Of a DNA stretch of 64,000 bases, positions 27,601 through 36,484 are shown piece by piece. Position numbers and translations under genes: made by a program. The notes beneath the pieces are model-generated. The model ran no database searches. It had not been told where the DNA came from and saw nothing but the letters and a program-made list of their open reading frames with translations. The stretch lies in IMG/VR virus record IMGVR_UViG_3300037882_003354, positions 248,001-312,000 of that record. One strand, given 5' to 3'. Positions within the stretch are counted from its first letter, which is position 1, and every line of letters begins with the position of its first letter.

Positions 27601-28487
27601 TGTAGGTGGTCCATGATAAATCTAAACCACTCACGAGTACCTTCTTGCACAGCAGGTGCAGGGTAGAATTTTTCAACAGCCTTCCACTTTTCGGGATATC
27701 GTTGCAGGGCTTTCTTGATACCAGACAGACTGGATATGTCTCGGGCCGATGCTTCAGGTCCAATCAGGAACTGGGCAATTTTATCCTTCTCAGCACCACT
27801 GGCCACCACTTGCCCAGTCTCACGGTCCACCAACCCGTGGTCCGGACTGAATTGAAAGTTGCCCTTGGTCTCACCAGTCTTGGGATCCACTATTTGTTTT
27901 TGGCTGCTGACCTTGGCCAGTGCAGGGTAGATCTCATTCCACAAATCACCGCCACGCATGCCTGCATCCTGGCTGAAATCATGTGTGTGCAGACTCCAGC
28001 CTGCGCGTGGTCGCACAATGAGGTCTATGGAATAACTTTTACCACCGGCTGTATAATGCACAGTGAGTGTGCCAGGGTCTGTATCCATGCCGTTTGTGGT
28101 CATGTAGTCAGCCAGGGCAGCCTTGCTGGCGCTCATTTGCAATTTGGCTTTTTTTGCAGGATCTGACAGGGCGTTGGCCATGGCCTTGGGACCCATGGGC
28201 TTGTCAGAGGCGGCATTCCATTGTTCTATGTCGGCTGGAAACTTTTGCAGCAGTTCCTGTGGGTCGATCATGATGTCGATGTCGCCAGAATCTGTGCGTA
28301 ATGTGCCTGGATAGGGATGCTCGGGATCAAAACTGCCAGCACCACCAGATGTCCACCCTGCCGCTATGCCGGCTTTTTGCAATATGGGATTTATTTTAGC
28401 CTTGGCTGCAAGGTATGCTGCCTTGTCCACACGACTTAGGTCAACTCCTGCTGAGGCAAGGCGCTTGCCGGCTTCTTGTATGGTCAT
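27597..28487 (-). CDS. Pol-beta superfamily nucleotidyltransferase
   Basis: GGAGSF...SGDIDIMID, YSIDLIV. Confidence 0.65.
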   Translation of the reverse strand: MTIQEAGKRLASAGVDLSRVDKAAYLAAKAKINPILQKAGIAAGWTSGGAGSFDPEHPYPGTLRTDSGDIDIMIDPQELLQKFPADIEQWNAASDKPMGPKAMANALSDPAKKAKLQMSASKAALADYMTTNGMDTDPGTLTVHYTAGGKSYSIDLIVRPRAGWSLHTHDFSQDAGMRGGDLWNEIYPALAKVSSQKQIVDPKTGETKGNFQFSPDHGLVDRETGQVVASGAEKDKIAQFLIGPEASARDISSLSGIKKALQRYPEKWKAVEKFYPAPAVQEGTREWFRFIMDHLQ

Positions 28488-28488
28488 T

Positions 28489-28866
28489 TTATTGCCCCAG
28501 TTTGTACTTGTCCTTGATCACATCCTCTTGGAAGTGGTCAAACAGTTTTTCGCACATGTCTTTTTGTAATTCCTTGGTGAATATCTTTTCAGGATGGCCT
28601 GTCAAATCAGCATGCTTGTAATATTCCATGCATCCTTTCTTGACCATGGGCATGAACTCTTGTACCAGTGAGTCTTTGTCCAAGGTATCATGTTTTTTGT
28701 GTGCCTGTTGCATTTTCTTGGCCAGCGGCAGCAAGTAGTCTTTATGCAATCTGTCATGATCCACAATATACCAAAATAGGTCATCACCTATGTTTTTTTC
28801 TTTGTGATCCTTTTCCAACTTTTTGGTTGGATTCACGGCTTTTCCGAAGAATTCATTTAACAGCAT
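28489..28866 (-). CDS. Hypothetical protein
   Basis: 125-aa ORF starting MLLNEFF. Confidence 0.7.
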   Translation of the reverse strand: MLLNEFFGKAVNPTKKLEKDHKEKNIGDDLFWYIVDHDRLHKDYLLPLAKKMQQAHKKHDTLDKDSLVQEFMPMVKKGCMEYYKHADLTGHPEKIFTKELQKDMCEKLFDHFQEDVIKDKYKLGQ

Positions 28867-28896
28867 ATTATATGCCCCTGTAAATTTTGTGGTGCA

Positions 28897-29313
28897 TCAC
28901 CATGATCTGCAACTCCAATAGTTGGCCTTGGTTCTGGGTCCAGGATTATCGCAATGATGCCTTGCTCGGTAACTTCGTCTACGAGCAGGGTTGGATTTCT
29001 TAATACGCATGGTTTTGTCGCCAAAATTTACTTTTTTAATGTTGCCAGTCTTGGGATCCTTGACAAAGACCTTAGACTTTTTAACATCGCCAGCCATTTT
29101 TTTGTTCAAGGTGACTTTACGCCCGTGATATTCGGCTTCAGTCAAGTCAGTGATGGGCAAGTAGGCCAGGGCAATGGCATCGATGCTGATGACGGGTCCG
29201 TCATCTCGCATGCCGATGACAATGGTTTCTAACACAATGTCATCCAGTTCTAATTCAAAGACATCGCCCTCTTGGAGGTCATCTGAATTGGTCAATAGGT
29301 CGCTAAAACGCAT
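28897..29313 (-). CDS. Hypothetical basic protein of the type common in T4-like phages
   Basis: VKDPKTGNIKKVNFGD...RARHHCD...ANYWSCRSW. Confidence 0.75.
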   Translation of the reverse strand: MRFSDLLTNSDDLQEGDVFELELDDIVLETIVIGMRDDGPVISIDAIALAYLPITDLTEAEYHGRKVTLNKKMAGDVKKSKVFVKDPKTGNIKKVNFGDKTMRIKKSNPARRRSYRARHHCDNPGPRTKANYWSCRSW

Positions 29314-29331
29314 AATACTCTCCGTGCAGAG

Positions 29332-29338
29332 TATTTAT
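29332..29338 (-). promoter_or_regulatory. T4-type late promoter core ATAAATA
   Basis: About 19 nt upstream of the 29313 start, heading the head-protein gene run. Confidence 0.6.
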
Positions 29339-29360
29339 TACATTTTAATCAAATGAAAAT

Positions 29361-29756
29361 TTAGTGATTGTACAGTATGGACTCTACTGACCCAGCGTCG
29401 ATGGCAACATACCCACGCACCCAGACAAAGTTACCGGTGAAATTAAAGTAATCCACTGTGCTGGTGTTTCTAAAATTACCGAATGTATAGTTCACGGTGG
29501 TGTTGGTCACTGTGAACCAGTCAGATTCCACAGGGCTAGTGGCCAGGCTGGCCTGCATGGTCACAGTGCCAAAGAATTCAGGGCTGGCGGTGTACATGAC
29601 TGTGTGCAGTCCATCGCTGCTGCCGTAATACCCATCGCCCTGTACTGGCAGACTGGTATACACCAGGGTGGATGTTGCAGAATTGGGGTATACAACAGCC
29701 ACACTGCTGGTGCTGTTGTATATTGAGAATGTTAATCCTTGGCTTAGGGCTGGCAT
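29361..29756 (-). CDS. Probable structural protein
   Basis: Ser/Thr/aromatic-rich beta-type sequence, FTGNFVWVR; late box upstream. Confidence 0.65.
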   Translation of the reverse strand: MPALSQGLTFSIYNSTSSVAVVYPNSATSTLVYTSLPVQGDGYYGSSDGLHTVMYTASPEFFGTVTMQASLATSPVESDWFTVTNTTVNYTFGNFRNTSTVDYFNFTGNFVWVRGYVAIDAGSVESILYNH

Positions 29757-30448
29757 GACATTTCCTGTTCTAGTTCAGTATTTATACTATCTCGCGTTAT
29801 AAACTTGGTCACAGACTGCACAGCATCTCCCATGAACATGCCCACCATGGTCAACAATTGACTGTCTTCCACGTACAAGAAGGGTGTTTGAACCCATCCA
29901 CGATTGCCGCGAAACCACTCGGTGTTATTTTTAGAAACGTTGAATCGGTCTCCATAATTGCGAGACCAATCGTAAAACTTCTGTCTGAGTTCTCTTGTTG
30001 TGGTGTGTTTAAAAATCACCTTGTACATATACCGACCGTGTGGCAAGTCATCGCACAGCACGGCCTTGTGTCCATTCTCCAGGATAAAATCCAATTCAGT
30101 GTCAGTGTCGGGAGAATGAATCTCGGTAATCCACGGATTCAATGCTGTGGTAATCTGATTTAGCAAACCCACATCACCGCAAAATATATTAAAATGACGC
30201 CCCTCCACACGAGATTTTACATCAGTTCTGTTCAAAAACGGCTGTATTGCATGGAAGAATGTCCGTAGTTCTTGAGGATTGGCATTGATATGATTCTTAC
30301 CGTAGGTGGCCCATGATCCACCCATCATCAACCGTGATTGAGAGGTGTTACTGGCCCGCATGAGCTGGCTGGCGCCGTTGATCACGCAGCACACCTTGTA
30401 GGGCCATTTTTTGTAAAACAGCCGATTAGTTTTCAACTGGCGTGGCAT
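29744..30448 (-). CDS. Hypothetical protein
   Basis: Start re-picked to MPRQL at 30448. Confidence 0.7.
   Translation of the reverse strand: MPRQLKTNRLFYKKWPYKVCCVINGASQLMRASNTSQSRLMMGGSWATYGKNHINANPQELRTFFHAIQPFLNRTDVKSRVEGRHFNIFCGDVGLLNQITTALNPWITEIHSPDTDTELDFILENGHKAVLCDDLPHGRYMYKVIFKHTTTRELRQKFYDWSRNYGDRFNVSKNNTEWFRGNRGWVQTPFLYVEDSQLLTMVGMFMGDAVQSVTKFITRDSINTELEQEMSCQP
29779..29786 (-). promoter_or_regulatory. T4-type late promoter TATAAATA
   Basis: Exact match upstream of 29756. Confidence 0.65.
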
Positions 30449-32693
30449 CACTTTTAACCTTGACAACTGGTAAAATGTCTACAATATTGAGTTTTAACTT
30501 ATCGGCTTCTACCGACACCTCAACCATCCCGCCGTTGACCAGACGTCCGAACAGGATCTCCTTGCTCAATGGTTTCTTGATCATGTCATCAATGACACGC
30601 TGTAGCGGACGAGCTCCCATCTTGGGATCAAATCCGCGGCTGATCAGGTATTCCACGGCTGCGGCGTTGGGTTTGATATGAATGTTCTTTTCTTTGACCA
30701 GGGTGTTGAGATCATCAACAAACTTCTTGACGATCTTGGCCATGGTCACATGATCCAGCTTGCCGAATCTAATGACACCATCCAGTCGATTGCGGAACTC
30801 TGGTGCAAAGAACTTGTTGACAGCATCCTTGGGATCACTATCTCGTTCCAGGCTACCAAATCCCACACCGTTTTTGTCGGCATCAGCAGCACCCAGGTTG
30901 CTGGTCATGATGATGATAGCGTTGCGCCCATCGGCCCGCTTGCCATTGCTGCCCGTGATGAATCCGTTGTCCATCAACTGCAACATGATATTCAGCACAT
31001 CAGGGTGGGCCTTTTCCACTTCGTCCAGCAGCAGAATACAATTGGGATTTTCCTGGAGATTGGTGATCAGTTGTCCAGCATTGTCATCGAAACCCACGTA
31101 GCCCGGTGGGCTGCCGATAAACTTGGCCACTGAGTGCTTCTCTTGAAACTCACTCATATCAAATCGGATCAACTTGGTGTTCAGATTGGAGGCCAATTGT
31201 TTGGCTGCCTCAGTCTTGCCCACACCGGTGGGTCCCACGAACAGGAAACTGCCCACGGGTTTATTGGGAGACTTCAATCCAGCCTGTGCAATAAAGATTT
31301 TATCCAGCAACACTTCGATAGCTTTTTCCTGTCCGAACACCTTGGACTTCATGTTTTTCTCCAGGCCAGTTAGGTTGACGCTCTCTTTGTTTGAGATCTG
31401 ATCCACCGTCAAGTTGGCAATTTTGCTCACCTCGAACAAAATTTCATCGTGATCCACAATACCACCCACCTCGTCACGTACTTTGAACCTGGCACAAGCG
31501 CAGTCGATTAGATCGATGGCCTTGTCGGGCAATTTTTTATCTGCCATGTATTTCACGCTGTACTTGACAGCATCAGCAATGGCCTGACTGGTGATTTTGA
31601 CACCGTGGTGCTTTTCATAATACTTCTTGAGACCCTTGAGGATTTTGATGGCAGTGGCTTCATCAGGCTCGTCGATGGTCACACGCTGGAACCGGCGCAT
31701 GAGCGCACGATCCTTTTCAAAGTACTTGCGATACTCTTCCCAGGTGGTGCTGGCAATGACCTTGATGCCGCCCTTGCCCAGTGCAGACTTCAACATGTTG
31801 GCCATGTCGTTACTGCCACCATTGGATGCACCTGCACCATTCATCATGTGCGCTTCATCGATGAACACAATACAGTTGCCCTTCTTTTCCACGGCATTGA
31901 TCACTGACTTGAGTCTTTCCTCAAAATCACCACGGTACTTGCTGCCTGCCAGCATGGCTGAGATGTCCAGACTGTAAACTGTGTGATCCTTGATAAAGTT
32001 GGGCACATTGCCTTCATGAATTTTACGAGCAATGCCTTCTGCGATGGCTGTCTTGCCCACGCCTGGATCACCAATCAAGATGGCATTGGCCTTGGTACGC
32101 CGTGCCAACACCAGTTCGATTTCTTCAATCTCTCGATCGCGGCCAATCACAGGGTCAATCTTCTTGGCCTTGGCACGGGCACTAAGGTCTGTGCAAAATT
32201 GTGCCAACATTTTATCTGAATGCACTGATCCCCTGGTGGGGGCAACCTCATCCTCATCTTTAATTGATGTCTTACTGATGAACTCTACAAAACGATCTTT
32301 TTCAATGTTTGCTTTTTTTACAAAGAAGTTGGCATGGCTGGACTTTTCGGAGAACATGCTGATGAAGCAATCCATGGGTTCAACAGTGCGCCGGCCACTG
32401 AACAACACTTGTGTGAATGCTCGATTCAACATTCGATCCACAGTGGATGTTTTTCTAGGTTTCACGTTACCGTTGGTCACAATGTTCTGTAAATCAACAG
32501 CGATGTAAGACTCCAGGTCTCGTTTTAGGTCGTCTACATTTGCACCAAATGTGCCCAGAGTTTCTGCAAAGGTAGTGTTGCCCAGCATGCAGTATAAAAA
32601 ATGTTCAAGGGTAATGTATTCGTGATTATTATCACTGGCTAAAATTACAGCATCTTCAAAAATCTGTTCTAACTCTTTATTGGGTTCCAACAT
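30426..32693 (-). CDS. clpA: ATP-dependent Clp protease ATP-binding subunit ClpA
   Basis: HEYITLEH N-domain; D1 GDPGVGKT, FIDEAH; D2 GPTGVGKT, RFDMSEF, LLDEVEKAH, GARPLQR. Confidence 0.93.
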   Translation of the reverse strand: MLEPNKELEQIFEDAVILASDNNHEYITLEHFLYCMLGNTTFAETLGTFGANVDDLKRDLESYIAVDLQNIVTNGNVKPRKTSTVDRMLNRAFTQVLFSGRRTVEPMDCFISMFSEKSSHANFFVKKANIEKDRFVEFISKTSIKDEDEVAPTRGSVHSDKMLAQFCTDLSARAKAKKIDPVIGRDREIEEIELVLARRTKANAILIGDPGVGKTAIAEGIARKIHEGNVPNFIKDHTVYSLDISAMLAGSKYRGDFEERLKSVINAVEKKGNCIVFIDEAHMMNGAGASNGGSNDMANMLKSALGKGGIKVIASTTWEEYRKYFEKDRALMRRFQRVTIDEPDEATAIKILKGLKKYYEKHHGVKITSQAIADAVKYSVKYMADKKLPDKAIDLIDCACARFKVRDEVGGIVDHDEILFEVSKIANLTVDQISNKESVNLTGLEKNMKSKVFGQEKAIEVLLDKIFIAQAGLKSPNKPVGSFLFVGPTGVGKTEAAKQLASNLNTKLIRFDMSEFQEKHSVAKFIGSPPGYVGFDDNAGQLITNLQENPNCILLLDEVEKAHPDVLNIMLQLMDNGFITGSNGKRADGRNAIIIMTSNLGAADADKNGVGFGSLERDSDPKDAVNKFFAPEFRNRLDGVIRFGKLDHVTMAKIVKKFVDDLNTLVKEKNIHIKPNAAAVEYLISRGFDPKMGARPLQRVIDDMIKKPLSKEILFGRLVNGGMVEVSVEADKLKLNIVDILPVVKVKSDATPVEN

Positions 32694-33193
32694 TATCTAT
32701 AATTCCTTTTTTTGGTTTTTTTAACAGCCAATGCCCACTTGAGCACACTGACACGATCTTGATAAACAATACCTTCCAAATGATCTAATTCATGTAGGAA
32801 GCATTTGCAGTTGTATCCGTCGAACTCTGATTCTTGTAGTTCCCCTTGGGAGTTTTGCCATCTTGCAATTATTTTCTTTGGACGTTTGATGTTAACATAA
32901 ACATTGGGAAAACTCAAACATCCTTCTTCCAAATCGTCAGTCTCATCCACAGTGGCCACCACCATGGGATTGAAGAACGCTTGCACCGTGTCAGGATTGT
33001 CTCGGTGGCCCATGACAAACATTCGAGCACGGATGCCCACTTGGTTGGCAGCCAGTCCAATGCCATCATGTGTCAACATGGTGTCCGCCAGGTCTTTTTC
33101 CAGTTGCACAGGATTCAGGCTGGGATTTGCAAAATCAAATTCGGGCACACGCTCCCGCAAGATATCATTGGGAAATTTAATTATTTTCAACAT
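32693..33193 (-). CDS. def: Peptide deformylase
   Basis: GIGLAANQVG, EEGCLS, HELDH. Confidence 0.95.
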   Translation of the reverse strand: MLKIIKFPNDILRERVPEFDFANPSLNPVQLEKDLADTMLTHDGIGLAANQVGIRARMFVMGHRDNPDTVQAFFNPMVVATVDETDDLEEGCLSFPNVYVNIKRPKKIIARWQNSQGELQESEFDGYNCKCFLHELDHLEGIVYQDRVSVLKWALAVKKTKKRNYR

Positions 33194-33201
33194 GCTGATA
33201 T

Positions 33202-34044
33202 TTAATTAATGAATTGACGCAGTAATTCTTTTTGTCGATCAGACAGACCCACGGGCACAGTTATGTTGACACTGAGCAACATGCGACCTTTAAATCGGTT
33301 GTCCGATGCCTTGGGCATGCCATACCCTGCGGCCGCCAACACTTGACCGTGCTGTGTCCCGGGATTGATTTTAATTTCCAAGGTGCGCTGATCCAGAGTG
33401 GTCACGTTGATTGTGGTGCCCAGCATGGCGTCAACACAATTTAAACTTAGATTGGTCATCAGATCATCGCCCTGACGTTGAAATACAGCATGTGGCTGTA
33501 CATGTATAGTAAGGTGTAAATCTCCTCTGGGCAGGTTTACGTGGGCGTCATCTCCCAGCCCCTGCAATCGCAGCGTGACCCCATCGTGGACACCAGCGGG
33601 TATCCTGACCTCCACCACTTGATCCCTACCACTGGGCAATCGCAATGTGGCAATCAAATCCTTGCCATGAAACGCTTCCTCCAGAGTTATTGAGGTTTGA
33701 ATATTCAGTGTTCTGTTGCGCGGGGGCGGCTGTGGCGCACGCTGTCCAAAAATATCACCAAATGGATTACCATGCCCAAAGGCATGCGACATGAAATCTG
33801 ACATTGGATCCCGCCCCTGCTGGAATCCTGGAGGAAATCCCTGTGGTTGTGGGTTGTCGTATTGTTGCCGTTTGCCAGGATCACTCAGCGTGGCATATGC
33901 CTCTTGAATTTTTTTAAATTCGGTGTCGTCCCCACCTGTGCGGTCAGGGTGATGTCGCATGGCCAGTTTGCGATAGGATCGTTTGATGTCTTCTTCAGAA
34001 GCATTTCGCTCGACACCTAGTATTTGATAGTAATCTGTGGTCAT
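33202..34044 (-). CDS. dnaJ: DnaJ/CbpA-type co-chaperone without zinc finger
   Basis: DYYQILGV, HPD, G/F linker, C-terminal ITLEEAFHG, GDLHL, GMP. Confidence 0.92.
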   Translation of the reverse strand: MTTDYYQILGVERNASEEDIKRSYRKLAMRHHPDRTGGDDTEFKKIQEAYATLSDPGKRQQYDNPQPQGFPPGFQQGRDPMSDFMSHAFGHGNPFGDIFGQRAPQPPPRNRTLNIQTSITLEEAFHGKDLIATLRLPSGRDQVVEVRIPAGVHDGVTLRLQGLGDDAHVNLPRGDLHLTIHVQPHAVFQRQGDDLMTNLSLNCVDAMLGTTINVTTLDQRTLEIKINPGTQHGQVLAAAGYGMPKASDNRFKGRMLLSVNITVPVGLSDRQKELLRQFIN

Positions 34045-34051
34045 GAAAAAA

Positions 34052-34078
34052 GGTATAGTAAACTTAATATACTATACC
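34052..34078. repeat. 9-bp inverted repeat overlapping the -10 of the dnaJ promoter
   Basis: GGTATAGTA ... TACTATACC. Confidence 0.7.
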
Positions 34079-34094
34079 TTCCCGTGGGAGTCAA
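34066..34094 (-). promoter_or_regulatory. sigma70-type promoter
   Basis: TTGACT-17 nt-TATATT on the minus strand. Confidence 0.6.
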
Positions 34095-34103
34095 ATGATT
34101 ATA

Positions 34104-34421
34104 TCATGGTTCACCCAGTGGGGTATTTCCATTATTGGCACCAATCATTTTTTCTTTAGTACGTCCATATGCACTGATGCCCAGTATGGTTCCCATGGCC
34201 AGGTGGAACAATCCTGCGCCCTGCAGGGTCAATGGTTGCCATTGATTGGTGATCACACCATGCAGTAAACTTTGCATGGCGCTCCATAACACTGGCGCCA
34301 CTACAAAATCAAATACACACACCACCAGGTACATCCAACCCATGGAAGGTCGCCACTTGGACTGTATCCAATGTTCTGATTTGTGTTCTTCTGATAGCGT
34401 ATGTTCCACATGGTCTGTCAT
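34104..34421 (-). CDS. Holin (3TM, GTA-holin-like)
   Basis: WIQSKWRPSMGWMY, hydrophobic helices, ISAYGRTKEK; next to the endolysin. Confidence 0.75.
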   Translation of the reverse strand: MTDHVEHTLSEEHKSEHWIQSKWRPSMGWMYLVVCVFDFVVAPVLWSAMQSLLHGVITNQWQPLTLQGAGLFHLAMGTILGISAYGRTKEKMIGANNGNTPLGEP

Positions 34422-34422
34422 G

Positions 34423-35046
34423 TCAGGCTCCTAGAATTTTTAGTGCACGGGCATAATTAGTCTTGCGTTCTTCAAGACCCAGTGTGCCACCATTGATGCG
34501 TTTGGTCATGGTCAGGATGTCGCCGGTGTCAGCATATTGGTTGAGTTTGTTCTCTTTCCAGAACCAGCAAGCAGATTGAACTGCGCCTTCGATGGTGGTC
34601 AAAAACTCAGGCATGAGATTGATGTCGCGTTTGATGCTAGCGGCAAATGCTTGTTGATTTGCTCGGCCAGTCAGTTGAATCAATCCACGACCACAAAATT
34701 TTGCTCCATCACCGCTGGCCTCGTCGCCATTGCCCATGCGGTTTGCATATGCACGATTGGCTATCATTTCTGGTTTGTGAGCATACTTGTTGGCAGTCAC
34801 CAGGTCTGGGAAATGCTTGGGCCACACACGCATGAGGCTTTCTGCCCGATAGTTCAAGTTCTCTTTAAGAAATTTAAATCCACCGCTTTCATGTCCACAC
34901 TGAGCAACAAATGCAGCCACGCGTTGCTTGCTGTTGATGTCATATTGTGGCAACAACTTGGCCATGGCCTCGTGCCACTTGTCTATGTTGGCGTTGCCAG
35001 GTATAAGTTGAGCCAACTGTTCTTTGCTTGGTATAAAATCTGACAT
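34423..35046 (-). CDS. Glycoside hydrolase family 19 endolysin
   Basis: AAFVAQCGHESGG, GRGLIQLTGRANQ, SACWFW, TKRINGG. Confidence 0.92.
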   Translation of the reverse strand: MSDFIPSKEQLAQLIPGNANIDKWHEAMAKLLPQYDINSKQRVAAFVAQCGHESGGFKFLKENLNYRAESLMRVWPKHFPDLVTANKYAHKPEMIANRAYANRMGNGDEASGDGAKFCGRGLIQLTGRANQQAFAASIKRDINLMPEFLTTIEGAVQSACWFWKENKLNQYADTGDILTMTKRINGGTLGLEERKTNYARALKILGA

Positions 35047-35066
35047 TATGTACCCCTTTAACTTAT

Positions 35067-35321
35067 TTACGCCAAACTTGCCAAAGTTATCAACCCAGTT
35101 AATGCAACATTTATAAGTTCAGTAACCTCCATGTTGTCCATGTTTTTGTTGATATCGTTGGTTTTTACAATGTCATCAATCAATTGTACATACTCAGCCT
35201 GTGTAAGTAGTCCACATTTGAGCAATTCAGTGTATTGATTGGCAGTCTGTGCCGCACTTTGCAAAGCAGCATCCTGCGATCCATGCGATAGTAACGATTG
35301 TTGAAGTTGATCCATGTTCAT
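35067..35321 (-). CDS. Hypothetical protein
   Basis: 84-aa ORF inside the lysis cassette. Confidence 0.65.
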   Translation of the reverse strand: MNMDQLQQSLLSHGSQDAALQSAAQTANQYTELLKCGLLTQAEYVQLIDDIVKTNDINKNMDNMEVTELINVALTGLITLASLA

Positions 35322-35725
35322 CTTGGTCTAGCTCCTATAATGGTTTGCATTCTGTCTGCAGATGTTTCCATGCTTTCAAATTTGATCTTGCAAAATGCCG
35401 GGCTGACCTTGGCGGCATTGGCATACTGATTGTCTAACCCTTGTGCAATTTCCTGCAAGTTCTTGGAAGATTTGATTAATGCATCATTTCTTGGTATATG
35501 TTCGCTGTACAACGCGAACATCGTGATGTCCAGTGACAACTTGCTGGCATGCATCTTGCTGACCACTGGGTCATTGCATTGTTCTTTATAATGCCTGGCT
35601 TGCGCCCGAATGCCAGTTATTAGTTCGTACTCGTTGGAATCGTAGGGTGCCATTTGATATGCATCTACCACTGCGCAACCGGACAGCGCCAACAAGACTG
35701 AAGCAGCCAGCATGAACTTTTTCAT
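35318..35725 (-). CDS. Lipoprotein
   Basis: MKKFMLAASVLLALSGC signal and lipobox; start re-picked to 35725. Confidence 0.75.
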   Translation of the reverse strand: MKKFMLAASVLLALSGCAVVDAYQMAPYDSNEYELITGIRAQARHYKEQCNDPVVSKMHASKLSLDITMFALYSEHIPRNDALIKSSKNLQEIAQGLDNQYANAAKVSPAFCKIKFESMETSADRMQTIIGARPR

Positions 35726-35736
35726 ATGAACCATCC

Positions 35737-36009
35737 TTATTTGATGTTAGTGTGTATATTTTTCTGTGCGTTGTACCATTCTATCCAGGTGTCAACTTTT
35801 ACCTTGCACTGGTGGTATTGACCATAATTTTCAGTGACCACTGTGATCACACTGCTCAATTTGGCACCATCTGGGTTTACTTTTTTTAAATCCGGACATG
35901 TTTCCAGGAGTTCCTTGGGAGCATCAGGAAACTTGACCGCCACTGGCACAGTGGCTTGCATGCATCCTGTCAATAGGATCACAGGAAGTAGTATGGATAG
36001 TCTGTTCAT
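35737..36009 (-). CDS. o-spanin (Rz1-like lipoprotein)
   Basis: Lipobox LLTGC, Pro-rich KFPDAPKELLETCPDL, second Cys. Confidence 0.75.
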   Translation of the reverse strand: MNRLSILLPVILLTGCMQATVPVAVKFPDAPKELLETCPDLKKVNPDGAKLSSVITVVTENYGQYHQCKVKVDTWIEWYNAQKNIHTNIK

Positions 36010-36482
36010 TGTGTGTTTTCCTCTGCAGGTGTGGCTGGTGGAGTGAACGGATTTGTTGCAGCATCATTGAGTATCCGGGGCACTTCGGGATCCAGCACAC
36101 ATGCTTGATCTATTCTCTTTTCTATTTCTTTGATACGTTCGCGGTACACTATTTGTCTGTTGATGATCACCTGCTGTTTCTTTTGTCGTTCAATTGAGAG
36201 TTTTTGGTTGAGGTCTTGCGATTCTGTTGCAGCCTGGTCCAGTTTGACCTGCAGGTCCGCCACACGTTGACGCCACACTTTCTCAGTGTCGTAACTGCCA
36301 TAAAAGTATACCCCGGCTATGATGGCTATCAGCCCTATTGCTTGTAACGGTGCTTTATAAAATACCAGGGTGGGAATGAATCTGCACGCTGTACCAATCA
36401 CATACACTGCAATGCCGCCAAATAATATGGATAATACTGCTGTGTACAACCAAGTGTCTGGAATAAACGACAGCATCCACAT
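36006..36482 (-). CDS. i-spanin (Rz-like)
   Basis: N-terminal TM helices, coiled coil, C-terminal Cys; upstream of the o-spanin. Confidence 0.7.
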   Translation of the reverse strand: MWMLSFIPDTWLYTAVLSILFGGIAVYVIGTACRFIPTLVFYKAPLQAIGLIAIIAGVYFYGSYDTEKVWRQRVADLQVKLDQAATESQDLNQKLSIERQKKQQVIINRQIVYRERIKEIEKRIDQACVLDPEVPRILNDAATNPFTPPATPAEENTQ

Positions 36483-36484
36483 GG

